A stretch of DNA of 48,870 nt from Octopus bimaculoides (lineage: Eukaryota), in contig NC_068988.1 of assembly GCF_001194135.2 (NCBI RefSeq), positions 17,425,517 through 17,474,386 on the forward strand, in the 5' to 3' direction. Both the position numbers and the translations under genes were made by a program. Shown in pieces: positions 1 to 11,643 of this stretch. Below the pieces are notes generated by a model. It was not told the DNA's origin and did not search any database. It saw nothing but the letters and a program-made list of their open reading frames with translations. The number at the start of each line of letters is the position of its first letter. The stretch's first letter is position 1.

Positions 1-250
1 ATCTCCCCCTTTTCTTAGCTCTCCTGAAAAAAGAATTTCTAACTTCTGGTCAGCCATTATTATGATTGACCGTTGACTGAACACTATTCAATTTTTTTTC
101 TCCGTGTTTTTTCTCCTTGTCTCCGTATTCTTTCTGTTGAAGAGCGTAGCTCGAAACGTCAAAGACTCTCCGTATTTCCGAGCGTCATACTAATACATCC
201 TTTTGTTATTTACACCACCTGTCCTCGTCTGTTGTTGTTTTTTCGTCCAT
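1..250 (+). mobile_element. Probable Penelope-like element (PLE) terminal-repeat remnant
   Basis: Pyrimidine-rich segment containing a minimal hammerhead-like motif (129-165) with CTGxTGA-A-stem-GAAACGTC architecture, typical of PLE pseudo-LTRs. No RT or GIY-YIG coding sequence seen. Confidence 0.5.
129..165 (+). ncRNA. Minimal type-I hammerhead ribozyme-like motif, one core substitution
   Basis: TCTTT-CTGTTGA-A-GAGC-GTA-GCTC-GAA-ACGT-C-AAAGA: 5-bp stem I, 4-bp stem II, palindromic ACGT stem III, GUC cleavage triplet; A6 is T. Confidence 0.6.
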
Positions 251-684
251 ACTCCTATATATATATATATATATTTCGGAAGCAATGAAGCCAAAGTCAT
301 CGCCGTTAAAAACCGCTAAAACTGCAATAAACTCTGAACAGGAACATCAAACCACAACATTATAACTCACCATCGCACACAATCTGTACCGCCTCTTCCT
401 TGCAATTAACCCACCTTTGCTCGGTGCCTAGCTGACCACATAATTTTCACACAGCTTTCCTCTATTCATCTTATCTATCGACTATAATTTGTCAATCGAT
501 GTTTTCCTAACACCAATAATTTTACTGTTTGCATGGTGAGCCAACCATTACAGTGTCTGCCTGGTTGTTAGACCAGTTAGACAGGAAGGACACTGGATAT
601 TGTAATACTGGGTATAAAAATATACATGTGGTTTGGTCACAGCTGGAGAGTCTCTGGTAGTTGTCCAGTTATATTTTTTCTTTT

Positions 685-900
685 TATTTTTTACTTGTTT
701 CAGTTGACTACGGCCATGCTGGGACACCGCCGTGAAGGGTTTTAGTCGAACAAATCGACCGCAGGACTTATTTCGTAAAGCCTAGTACTTATTCTGTCCG
801 TCACTTTTGCCGAACTAATAAGCTACGTAGACGTAATCCCCCCAACAGCCGTTGTCATTCGGTGATGGGAGACAAACATAGACACAAAGACACACATACA
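685..900 (-). mobile_element. tRNA/CORE-like SINE (family A), 3' half
   Basis: Reverse complement of the family tail seen at 8090-8247 (ggcggtg-ccagcatggccg...ctgaaacaagtaaaa). Confidence 0.8.
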
Positions 901-1090
901 TACATCTATACATTATATATATATATATATATATATTATTAGAAATGCAGAGACGCCTATAATAGGACATCTACTCGCTAGAAATAGCAGCAAAAATACT
1001 ACATACCACAAAAGTTAGGGATAATTTCGAAAGGAAATGAAAAATAAAAACTTTTACCAATCTATTATTATATATATATATATATATATA

Positions 1091-1375
1091 NNNNNNNNNN
1101 NNNNNNNNNNNNNNNNNNNNNNNNNNNNNNNNNNNNNNNNNNNNNNNNNNNNNNNNNNNNNNNNNNNNNNNNNNNNNNNNNNNNNNNNNNNNNNNNNNNN
1201 NNNNNNNNNNNNNNNNNNNNNNNNNNNNNNNNNNNNNNNNNNNNNNNNNNNNNNNNNNNNNNNNNNNNNNNNNNNNNNNNNNNNNNNNNNNNNNNNNNNN
1301 NNNNNNNNNNNNNNNNNNNNNNNNNNNNNNNNNNNNNNNNNNNNNNNNNNNNNNNNNNNNNNNNNNNNNNNNNNN
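1091..1375. other. Assembly gap (N-run) flanked by (TA)n
   Basis: Run of N. Confidence 1.
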
Positions 1376-1461
1376 TATGTATAATATATATATGTATAAT
1401 GTGCATTCATACACACACACATACACACACGCACGCACACACACACACACATATATATATA

Positions 1462-1593
1462 TACCGTCTATCAAATCCACTAACAAGGCCGAGGTTATAA
1501 TAGAAAGACACTTGTCCAAGGTGCAGCGCAGTGGGACTGAACCCGGAGCCATGTGGTTGGAAAGAAAGCTTCTTATCACACGACCACGCCTGC
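1462..1593 (-). mobile_element. SINE family A, 5' half (tRNA-like head plus CORE-like segment)
   Basis: Reverse complement of gcaggcgtgg...ccacatggctccgggttcagtcccactgcgctgcaccttggacaagtgtcttt, matching 7851-7960. Confidence 0.8.
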
Positions 1594-1909
1594 ACGTGAA
1601 TACGTTTTTAGCATGTTATAGTAATCATCATGAACATATAATCAAAATCCTCTAACAGACAATCATATGTGCTTATGTGGCTCTATATATACATATAAGT
1701 CTATCTATGTGTTTCTAACTTTGGAAGTAATCAGACGTGGTCAGAACCGGAAGCGGAGGTATACGTGTTGAAACTCCCGTACCGCGCCGTATATCCCTAC
1801 TGCCCCGGTAATACTCCAACAGGTTTACATGGGGCAACGCAAGGTGCGTACATACATGTATCCGTTGATACACACGCTCGCGCGCATATATATACATATA
1901 TAGTAAAAG

Positions 1910-2110
1910 CACGTGGCCAAGTTAGTAGAAGGCTGCACACACGATCTAGCGATCGTAGCTTCCATTCCAATCAAATCAGCTGTAAATAGGTAAAAATGCG
2001 ATGGGATGATTTTTCGACCTGGGGGAAATGTTGGCTTGCTCGCCTAACCAGCAGAATGGCATCCATCGAAAACTGAATTGATGCAAGGCGACTAGTGATC
2101 AACGACGAGT
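1910..2110 (+). mobile_element. Degenerate tRNA-derived SINE remnant
   Basis: Decayed A/B-box-like head (gcacgtggccaagttagtag...cgatcgtagcttccattcc) followed by a SINE-body-like segment; highly diverged. Confidence 0.4.
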
Positions 2111-2196
2111 GTGTGTGTGCGTGTACATTTATATATACTTTTTATGAATTTGCAAGATTCTTGATGTGAACTCGTGTGTTGAAACATTTTTTTTTT

Positions 2197-2490
2197 TATA
2201 TTTCTGGATGGGCATGTTATTTTGTGGCCAAACAAATACACGCGCTATATATTAGTTCTTCACTAGTTTATTATTGCTCTTGTTTTTAGCTTATGTCCAT
2301 TGTCTAGAAACAGAACTGGAAGAGACACGTGGGATGGAAGAGTCACTGAAGAGGTCACAGGTGTGGGACGGAAGATTTCTAGAGACAATGGACATAAGAG
2401 CAATCATAAGCAAGTGAAGAACGAATATATATATATAGAACGTGCGTTTATTTGGCAAGAAGAAAAATTTTAAATGACCATCCCAAAATA
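2197..2490. mobile_element. Foldback element, probably PLE-derived, with a central degenerate hammerhead core
   Basis: Arms at about 2197-2311 and 2375-2490 are imperfect reverse complements (gtccattgtc/gacaatggac, ttcttcact/agtgaagaa, ggatg/catcc). The centre holds GTCA-CTGAAGA-G-GTC...GAC. A related single-arm copy lies at 48450-48700. Confidence 0.6.
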
Positions 2491-2500
2491 TAACAATATA

Positions 2501-3270
2501 NNNNNNNNNNNNNNNNNNNNNNNNNNNNNNNNNNNNNNNNNNNNNNNNNNNNNNNNNNNNNNNNNNNNNNNNNNNNNNNNNNNNNNNNNNNNNNNNNNNN
2601 NNNNNNNNNNNNNNNNNNNNNNNNNNNNNNNNNNNNNNNNNNNNNNNNNNNNNNNNNNNNNNNNNNNNNNNNNNNNNNNNNNNNNNNNNNNNNNNNNNNN
2701 NNNNNNNNNNNNNNNNNNNNNNNNNNNNNNNNNNNNNNNNNNNNNNNNNNNNNNNNNNNNNNNNNNNNNNNNNNNNNNNNNNNNNNNNNNNNNNNNNNNN
2801 NNNNNNNNNNNNNNNNNNNNNNNNNNNNNNNNNNNNNNNNNNNNNNNNNNNNNNNNNNNNNNNNNNNNNNNNNNNNNNNNNNNNNNNNNNNNNNNNNNNN
2901 NNNNNNNNNNNNNNNNNNNNNNNNNNNNNNNNNNNNNNNNNNNNNNNNNNNNNNNNNNNNNNNNNNNNNNNNNNNNNNNNNNNNNNNNNNNNNNNNNNNN
3001 NNNNNNNNNNNNNNNNNNNNNNNNNNNNNNNNNNNNNNNNNNNNNNNNNNNNNNNNNNNNNNNNNNNNNNNNNNNNNNNNNNNNNNNNNNNNNNNNNNNN
3101 NNNNNNNNNNNNNNNNNNNNNNNNNNNNNNNNNNNNNNNNNNNNNNNNNNNNNNNNNNNNNNNNNNNNNNNNNNNNNNNNNNNNNNNNNNNNNNNNNNNN
3201 NNNNNNNNNNNNNNNNNNNNNNNNNNNNNNNNNNNNNNNNNNNNNNNNNNNNNNNNNNNNNNNNNNNNNT
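2501..3270. other. Assembly gap (N-run)
   Basis: Run of N. Confidence 1.
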
Positions 3271-5104
3271 ATATATATAAAGATAGACATACATACATAC
3301 ATACATTCAATTATGCCTGATAAATTATCTACTCGTTGAACAAGTATTGGCATCATTGTCGATTATTGCCAGCACTGCTTGCATATGAAAGTTCAGCAGA
3401 GAATGGCTTGCACGGAGCACGTCGACGACTCTATCAAATCCAGTGGACCACGACAAACTGAAAAACAATACCTTCCACAATACTTTTATCGACATTCATA
3501 TTTGAGTAATTTATTCTTCGAGGCATATTCTAAAGTAATTAAATGGTTGTTTCACTTCAAGTGGTCGTACAGTGCACCCAGCACTAGCCCAGGATTTTTA
3601 AAGTCTTTACGCCGATGCTAGATAGTCGTGCACCCTTATTAGTTTCCTGATTTTCAGGCATCATTGCAACAATTATAGTTTTTGCTTGCCCAGCTGGATT
3701 TCTCGTGACTTTCTTTGTCACGCCAGTCTGACAGAAATATCGGTTCGGCCGCTGACGACCGGACAATATAAAATGTTGATGAATGCTCATTCTCCAAACG
3801 CTATTGATTAAAGGTACAGTGAATATGTGTTAGACATTTCACGAGTTCACTGTTAAGGTTCCTATGCACTGAATCATATATACGTATGGAACACAAGTTG
3901 CAGTGAAGCACAAACACGTGTGTGCCAAAGTGACATTGACATGCTCACCCACAGCACAAAAACAAGGTTACGCATAATACCTATATGGTTGTACAAACAC
4001 AAGCAGACAAACACACACATACACGCACGAACGAACACACACACACACACGATTTTCTACAGGATTCGCATTCCTTTACTTTTACATGGAGTGTACGTGA
4101 CTTACATTAGGGTGTGTGCTTAGTAGTACTAAACTCACGATCGCGGTTTCGATATACGAACCTGGTGGTGCCTCGTGTTCTTAATCAAAATATTTCATTT
4201 CACGATGGCACAGCGATCGCTTCGTCATCTGTATAGGAAATGTCGATTTGATGGAGTGAGTGAGCTAATGCGCAAAAGAAATATTTGGATATAAACATAC
4301 CATCTGTCCACGTTTTCCAGCAAGAAATTGCTGAATCGTCTTTCCCAAACTCGCGAGACTGCCATTAATTTCTACATTACAGAACGCAAGCTAGTCACGA
4401 ACAAAGTGTCAAGGCTGTTTTGTTTAAGTCTATGTGAATCGTAAATCGGTTGGTATGAGCACGTGCTTGCAGATGTGTGTGAGTGTGTGCACACATGGAT
4501 AAGTGTATCACCGTTACCTGACACCTTCAGTGGATTAGTTCGTGGGAGCACCGACATTGTCTGTCTCTACTCACGACTTTATTCATACCTAACGCAATTC
4601 ACAAAAGCATGGTACAAGCTAACAGGTCATATACCAGCTTGCAAGTGACGGTGAAGTACTTATACTTATATTTGTAAGAGCACACATATATACATATGCG
4701 TGTGTGTGTGTGTGTGTGTGTATGTGTGTGTGTGTGTGTGTGTGTACATATACACTTACACACACATATACACCTAAACGTGCAGCTATTTCGCACCTCG
4801 TCTGTGACGACCACCACCAGTCGCTTACTCCACAAAGTAACTCCCTTACACCGGTTTAACCGCTCACTAAACTCATTGATTCAACTCAGCCATCCGCACA
4901 CTCAATCATTCATTCATTTGCTTCATTCATACACCCCTACCTACCTCCCACCTTTCCACATATCTCTAGCGTCCTGACAACTGTTCAATTAATCATTCCA
5001 CCATTCATCTATTGACAATTCAACCAATTTCACTATTGCTTGAGTTTCTGTTTCTATTTTGTCTCGGCTTTTATATGTATCTTTCCTTTGCCTCCTCCTC
5101 TCAC

Positions 5105-5147
<43 letters not shown>

Positions 5148-5772
5148 TATTTTCTCCCTTTCCCTCTCTCTCTTAAATGCATCTTTTTTTTTTTTGTTGT
5201 CAATCCAAGTCATTTTCTGAATGTGGACTCTGTCTTTCTCATTTCACCTTCTTTCTATGTCTCTAACTCTCTTGCGCATCAACTAACTGTTTTTCTATCG
5301 CTATTTGTCTGTCGAGCAGTCTGTCAGTCTAACTGTCCGTCAGTCTACCTGTCTGTCTCAATCTGTCTAACCTTCTCTCTCTTTGTCTGTCTCTCTCACT
5401 TCCTTTCTCACTTTCTACATGCTAATCTGTCTCCTTTCGCCTCTACTTCTCTCTCAATCTTTCCTTTCATGCTCTGTTTCACTGTAGCTCTCATTGTGCA
5501 TTTCATACATGTGTATGTGTATAAATTCGTGCTACTGCAGACACCCCCCCCACACACACATATATATATATATATACACACGCGCACACAAATTAGAGTA
5601 GATACGGGGATTCATTTATATGCAATACATGTTTTTTTTATATATTCATTTACTACGGCTCATTGAGTTGAAATCACTCATAAATATAGACACGCATGTA
5701 AGCACACGCACCACACGGGCATGGAAAAGAAAAACAGATTTCTAACCTTAAGTGTGTCTACGTACCGAACCG

Positions 5773-5827
<55 letters not shown>

Positions 5828-5905
5828 TGTGTGCCTATTTCCGTTGACAAACACGATGGAAAAGTACTCAATACAGAAATAGGCCGTAATCTCAGTAATA
5901 TATAC

Positions 5906-6109
5906 ACTTCTCTACTATAGGCTCAACGCCCGAAATTTTAGGGGAGATTAGATCGACCCCAGTACGCAACTGGTACTTAATTTATCGACCCCGAAAGGAT
6001 GAAAGGTAAAGTCAACCTCGGCGGAATTTTGAACTTAGAACGTGAAGACAGACGAAATACCGCTATGCATTTCACCCTGTATGCTAACGTTTCTGCCAAA
6101 TCGCTGCTT
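5906..6109 (-). mobile_element. tRNA-like SINE (family B) with about 19-bp target-site duplication
   Basis: Reverse complement of the family B body (gttagca...ttcaaaattccgccgaggttgactttacctttcatcctttcggggtcgataaattaagtaccagttgcgtactggggtcgatc). Flanked by taatctcagtaatatatac (5887-5905) and taatctcagtaaatatatac (6110-6129). Confidence 0.9.
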
Positions 6110-6289
6110 TAATCTCAGTAAATATATACTGCTTGAGTCTATCTCAATGTATGTATGTTGTTAGAATGGTATGAATGTATATATATATGTATACATATGT
6201 ACGTGCGTGAAGGGATATATATATATATATGCAGCATAGATTCAGAAAAATACCAATACACACACACACGTGTGTGTGGTAAGGTGACC

Positions 6290-6890
6290 CCGCACATTGC
6301 CACAATTTTTCGAGAGATTGAGGGTTTTCGCAGGTGGTAAAAAGATCCCCCCCCTCCCGTTCTGCTTCCTTCTGTTGTCCTTGCTTCTCCCCTTCACTGT
6401 CTCTCATCGCTCACCTTTGTTCCACTTCCTCCCTTTTCCTCCCTCTACCACTCCTTGTTGATCACATGTGATCTGTGGTCACTTCTTCCTTTCTCACTCC
6501 AGCCAACATAAAGGCAAGACGAAACTACTATCTCTCCCCGTTCAGCTTCGTCATATCACTAGCGTTCAATATTCGATTCGGGTTTGGCCCTACGACCTTT
6601 AATGTGGTTTTCACTGTTTAACTTTTCCTGTCTTGGTTTGTCTTTGCTACCTTGGAATCCTCTGTTTAGTAGGTTAATCCACTATACAGGAAGAGCTATT
6701 CTAAGAGCGCATTCTGCGTCATCCTCGAAACGCCTAGTTCAGAATAGAGGCAGCTGATGAAGGAAAAGTTCTATACGTGGCTCGTCTGTTTTCCTAAGTG
6801 TTCTTTCTGTTGTCTGTAAACAATGTCCGTTTTTGTACTTTATGTTCCCGTTCCTTTTTCTGACGTCCTGTATACGGATATGCATCTATA
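6290..6890 (+). mobile_element. Possible Penelope-like 3' end / pLTR remnant
   Basis: Pyrimidine-rich tracts around a decayed CTGATGA-A-GGAA-aag-TTCT-atacgt motif at 6754-6778, the same layout as the other PLE-type motifs in the window. Confidence 0.35.
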
Positions 6891-6949
6891 TATACATGTA
6901 GATGTAGGTATGTACATATATGTATACATGCATATGCTCATATCATTTG

Positions 6950-6991
<42 letters not shown>

Positions 6992-7099
6992 CTGAATGAT
7001 TAACATTAATCAAAGGACATACTAAGTATGTCTACCTGCTGGAAATAACAGTCAGAACTCTTATTTAAATCAAATGTATGTATGTATGTATGTATTCAT

Positions 7100-7527
7100 T
7101 TATTCCCTTACCTGTTTCAGTCATTTGACTGCAGCCATGCTGGAGTACCACCATGAAGGATTTTAGTCGAAGCAAATCGACCCAATAACTTATTCTTTAA
7201 AGCTGACACTTATTCTATCGGTGTCTTTTGCGGAACCGCTAGATTACGGGGACGTAAGCACACCGGCACCCGTTGTCAATCGACGATGGGAGAGAAACCC
7301 ATGCATAAAGACACACATGCATAGGCACACACACACATGCACATACACTAATACGCACACATATATGTACGTCGGGATTCTTTCAGTTTCCGTCTACCAA
7401 ACCCACTCACAAGGCTTTCTTTGGCCCGAGGCTTTAGTTGATGATACGTTCTCAAAGTGTCACGCAGTAGGATTGAACCCGGAACTATGTCATTGGGAAG
7501 CAAGCTTCTTACCACTCAGCCACGCCT
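7100..7527 (-). mobile_element. SINE family A, near full length
   Basis: Reverse complement of 7851-8247 along head, CORE-like segment, central (CA/TA) tract and tail. Confidence 0.9.
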
Positions 7528-7850
7528 ATATAAATTTTATGTACAATATTTGGCTTTATGAAATCCAGTGGCAATCACAAAAAGCTCATTTAGTGGATCC
7601 ACTTGCATGAAATATAGTAAGATAATACGTAGGAAGAGCACAATACATTTGAAATCCTGTAAATCCATTCGCCAAAAATTATTTCATAAGGATTATATAG
7701 ATAGAATAAAAAGCAAGTCAGGAGGTATGACAAGACTATATTTATTTCGTTAGTTGATATCCATAGGACGACAGCCGTTTCGCAGCCAACATCATGCAAA
7801 AATAATTAATTTTAGTATAGAATTAATAATTTTACATATCTTCACTAGGC

Positions 7851-8247
7851 GCAGGAGTGTCTGTGTGGTAAGTAGCTTGCTTACCAACCACATGGTTCCG
7901 GGTTCAGTCCCACTGCGTGGCACCTTGGGCAAATGTGTTCTACTATAGCCTCGGGCCGACCAAAGCCTTGTGAATGGATTTGGGAGACGGAAACTGAAAG
8001 AAGTCCGTCGAATATATTTATATGTATATGTATGTGTTTGTGTGTCTGTGTTTGCCCCCCCCCCATCGCTTGACAAGCGATGCTGGTGTGTTTACGTCCC
8101 CGTAAAGTAGCGGTTCGGCAAAATGAGACCGATAGAATAAGTACTAGGCTTCCAATGAATAAGTCCTGGGGTCGATTTGCTCGACTAAAGGCGGTGCTCC
8201 AGCATGGCCGCAGTCAAATAGCTGAAACAAGTAAAAGAGTAAAAGAG
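7851..8247 (+). mobile_element. SINE family A, full length (tRNA head, MIR/CORE-like segment, LINE-like tail)
   Basis: Head gcaggagtgtctgtgtggtaag...gggttcagtccc (A/B-box-like); gcaccttgggcaaatgtgttctactatagcctcggg resembles the CORE domain; tail ggcggtgctccagcatggccgcagtc...gctgaaacaagtaaaaga. Many copies in the window. Confidence 0.9.
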
Positions 8248-8463
8248 TGTGTATACTATGAATTGCACTGTACTGTTGTACATGTTACAAACGAATGCAG
8301 TTATAGAAGGCTAGCTATTCAGCTCAACATATGGTTACATCCAAATTTCAGCTTCAGTATATCTGTACAGAAAAATTCAACTGCAACATTTTAATGTATG
8401 GAAGATATCAATTAGTAAACAAGAAATTACTATAGTGGGGAGGAACGAAGATTTTATAAAATA

Positions 8464-8980
8464 TTAAACGTTCGTGGGCCTGCGGGGTCCCTTGGGACCC
8501 TGGCATATTTTAAAAGTTATACAACCTTTACATTTTCTATTTAAATGATTTATATCTCATGACTTTTATTGTCAATAGTTTATGCATGCTCATACAAACT
8601 TTGAGTTAAAAATTTCCTGTCATATGGATGTTATAGCATAAAATATGGTCATTGGGGTCAGACTGGGACCATTGGCCTTCTGTAAAATTATTTTTCTGAT
8701 GAACTATAAATCTGTTTTCTTCGTATTTCTACTGGTATGAATCGATATCCTTTTTTTTCTTTTATTCTTTTTGTTTTATTTTATATTTAATGCTATGTAT
8801 ATAGTTTATAAAACTATAAACAAATAAGTACTAAATTTCTTGCTCTGTAACTCGCACTCACACATATATACAAGATTAAACAAATATTACTTAATAAATA
8901 GTGTGGAAATGCGCTAAAATAAAAGGGGATCCCGATGGCCTTTTGTGTAATTCCAACCTCACCGGCCCACGATGGGTTAC
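8464..8980. mobile_element. Non-autonomous piggyBac-like DNA transposon (MITE), degenerate
   Basis: Left end TTAA-acgtTCGTGGGCC, right end GGCCCACGA-tggg-TTAC (imperfect TIR, TTAA-like TSD). Internal ggggtc...tgggacc repeats at about 8484 and 8654. Confidence 0.55.
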
Positions 8981-9140
8981 AAAAGAAATTGTATGTAGTG
9001 GTGAAGTATGTGAAGGTGATGGATAATCTGTGCGTTGGACATCAACTGGTGAATTAAATATATTCATGGGGCAAACGTACTTAAATTTTAGTCGAACGGC
9101 TCGTACCCAGTACGTTTTGAAAAGCCATGTGCGTTATCAT

Positions 9141-9301
9141 GGAGACGCAATGGCTCAGTGGTTAGGGCAGCGGACTCGCGGTCATAGGATCACGGTTTCA
9201 ATTCCCAGACTGGGCGTTCTGAGTGTTTATTGAGAGAGAACACCTAAAGCTCCACGTGGCTCCGGCAGGGCATGGTGGTGAACCCTGCTGTACTCTTTCA
9301 C
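9141..9301 (+). mobile_element. tRNA-derived SINE (family C), 5' part
   Basis: ggagacgcaatggctcagtggttagggcagcggactcgcggtcataggatcacggtttcaattccc head, matching 42022 onward; truncated against an inverted family A fragment. Confidence 0.85.
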
Positions 9302-10305
9302 GCAATGCGATTGAACAGGAAACAGTGTTGCTAAGAAGCAAACTTCTTACCACCAGGTGACGTCTGCGCCTTTATGTGTGTGTGTGTTTCTGCGTGTCCG
9401 TGCGTGTGTGTGTGTGTGTGTGTGTAAGACTGTGACTCGATGAGTTTGATAGGCTGTAAATAATACCAGGTAATTATTGGATAAAAATTTAAAGATACCT
9501 TTCTTTTTGTTTTTACCTTTTTATTTCAAACATACCGTATTTAGATGAATGAAGGAAGTAATTTACTAATAGATACACTCTGAACCAGAAATAACTGCGA
9601 AATCGGAGGGAACCGCAGCTAGTTTGGTGAAGAAATAAAGTCAACTAATGATAATTATATGGAGGAAAGGATTCATATTTTAGCTACAAATGTTTATTTC
9701 AAAAATCTCTATAAGCCCGGACATCGTGAGCGTAGAGATCAGGGCGAGACAATTTATGTGGTACTTCATTTTGTTAAGTTGAAAACAAAAAAGAGGAACA
9801 AAGTCGACCAGGTGGAGTTTGAATTCAAGATGTAAGACCTCGTAAGATATAATATGTTATATATTTTCTTACGCTCTAACGGTTGTGCAGTCGGTATCCT
9901 TAACTTGGCGATGAGTAGTATTCAAGTGTATATTCACAAAAGCAGCCAGTACCCCCACGGTATGTTTCACATTTATGAAACCTCGTCGAGGAAGCGTAGC
10001 TTTTTGCATGTTTCCCAAATTAATGATTATAGAATTATTTTTTCACGAAAGTGTACAAGAATTTGGTGACATAGTATGATGTTTATTCCTTTTTAAAACT
10101 GCAGGGGTATATTTATGGGAGATAGTGATGAAATAGATATTCACCCCAACACTTGTTCGATCGATTTTCTGAAATGTAACCAGAATTCGTTGACTATAAT
10201 TTTGTAGTCTAATATGCTGCGCCGTTTAAACAACACACGTGCACGCCCGCGACAACACACGTACACACTCCCCACACACATATGTATATACATATGTATA
10301 TATAT

Positions 10306-10358
<53 letters not shown>

Positions 10359-10525
10359 NNNNNNNNNNNNNNNNNNNNNNNNNNNNNNNNNNNNNNNNNN
10401 NNNNNNNNNNNNNNNNNNNNNNNNNNNNNNNNNNNNNNNNNNNNNNNNNNNNNNNNNNNNNNNNNNNNNNNNNNNNNNNNNNNNNNNNNNNNNNNNNNNN
10501 NNNNNNNNNNNNNNNNNNNNNNNNN
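10359..10525. other. Assembly gap (N-run) within (TA)n
   Basis: Run of N. Confidence 1.
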
Positions 10526-10539
10526 ATATATAATTACTC

Positions 10540-11600
10540 CTTTACTACTTTCCCCGTTTCAGCCATGCGATCATAGTCATGCCGGAGCACCACCGCGGTC
10601 CCTTTGACCTCTTCAGCGTGGGGCGGTTCACACCACCACCCTGCACACGCCTGTCTCAGCCGTTGGTCCACCTGGTACATAAAGGGACTTTGATTCTGCT
10701 GCCTTCATCTGCACCTCATATTGGTTCATCCAGTATTATAGAGAGGAGGATGTCTACTTCCTTTTTGAAGATAACTACTGCCACCTTATGCAAATTTCTT
10801 AATTTTTGTGGTAGGGCATTGAAGAGCTGTTGACCTTTTAATCCTATGCTATTGGAGTACCTGATCCTGTACTTAGATGGAGTAGATGGTACAATCCAAA
10901 GGCGGCCAGTTCTGGCATATGTATAACACTCAATGTCGAAATTAGGTACTAGCCCTTCTAGAGTTTTCCGTATGAAGGTTATTGCATGTCTCATACGATT
11001 ATACCCCAGGGAGTAAAGTTGTAGTTTTCTCAGCCCATCCCTGTAGCTCATCCGCTGCACTGTTTCAATCGTTTTAGTGTAGCGGCGTTCGACTGCTTCA
11101 AGTTCCGCTGTCAGTTTGGCATTATGTGGTGACCTTAAGTAGAATTAATCCAGGCGGTTGAGAACGGTTTCCCACAGGGCCAACATAATTTCTTGGTCTC
11201 TTGTCTTGAAGGACCTCAGTATCCATCCTGCCAGTTGTCTGCAATGTGCTGTCATCTTGGTAATGTGCATATAAAATAATGCATCATTGCACATATTGAT
11301 ACCCAAGTCTTTCACTTCGTCTGACTCTGGGATTGTAGTGCCTTCGGATCTTGTATATGCAGGCTGTAGTGTATTCATAAGTTGATAGTGCAGTGCTTGA
11401 AATTTTCTAGCATTAAACTGCATGTTGTTTATTTCGGCCCACTTGTATATCGGATTTAGGTTGCGTTGTAAGCTTGCGATGTCTTCTTGGATTTGTATTA
11501 CCTGTGATAATTTTGAATCATCGACACAACAATTCTAAGAGGGCTATTATGAACAGCAATGGTCCCAGAACCGTTCCCTGGGGGACGCCACTTAGGATTT
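10540..11600 (-). mobile_element. CR1/L2-group LINE, 5'-truncated, decayed RT and C-terminal region plus 3' UTR
   Basis: Minus-strand translation gives GVPQGTVLGPLLFIIAL, (C)VDDSKL (YADD-like), WAEINNMQFNARKF, VKDLGI, LQLYSL and LFNALP, motifs of CR1/L2/Jockey-group ORF2, with stops, frameshifts and an internal deletion. Confidence 0.9.
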
Positions 11601-11643
11601 GAGTTTCTTCTTTGAGTTTCTTCAACACATATATATATAAGTC

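Noticed and set aside
3340-3800. Non-repetitive stretch with short ORFs on both strands
   Set aside because: No recognisable motif and no convincing splice sites; cannot be assigned.
9141-9215. tRNA-like sequences here and at 35490-35560, 39930-40002 and 42022-42095
   Set aside because: They lack an acceptor stem and full cloverleaf; those at 9141, 39930 and 42022 run into SINE bodies. All are treated as SINE heads or remnants, not tRNA genes.
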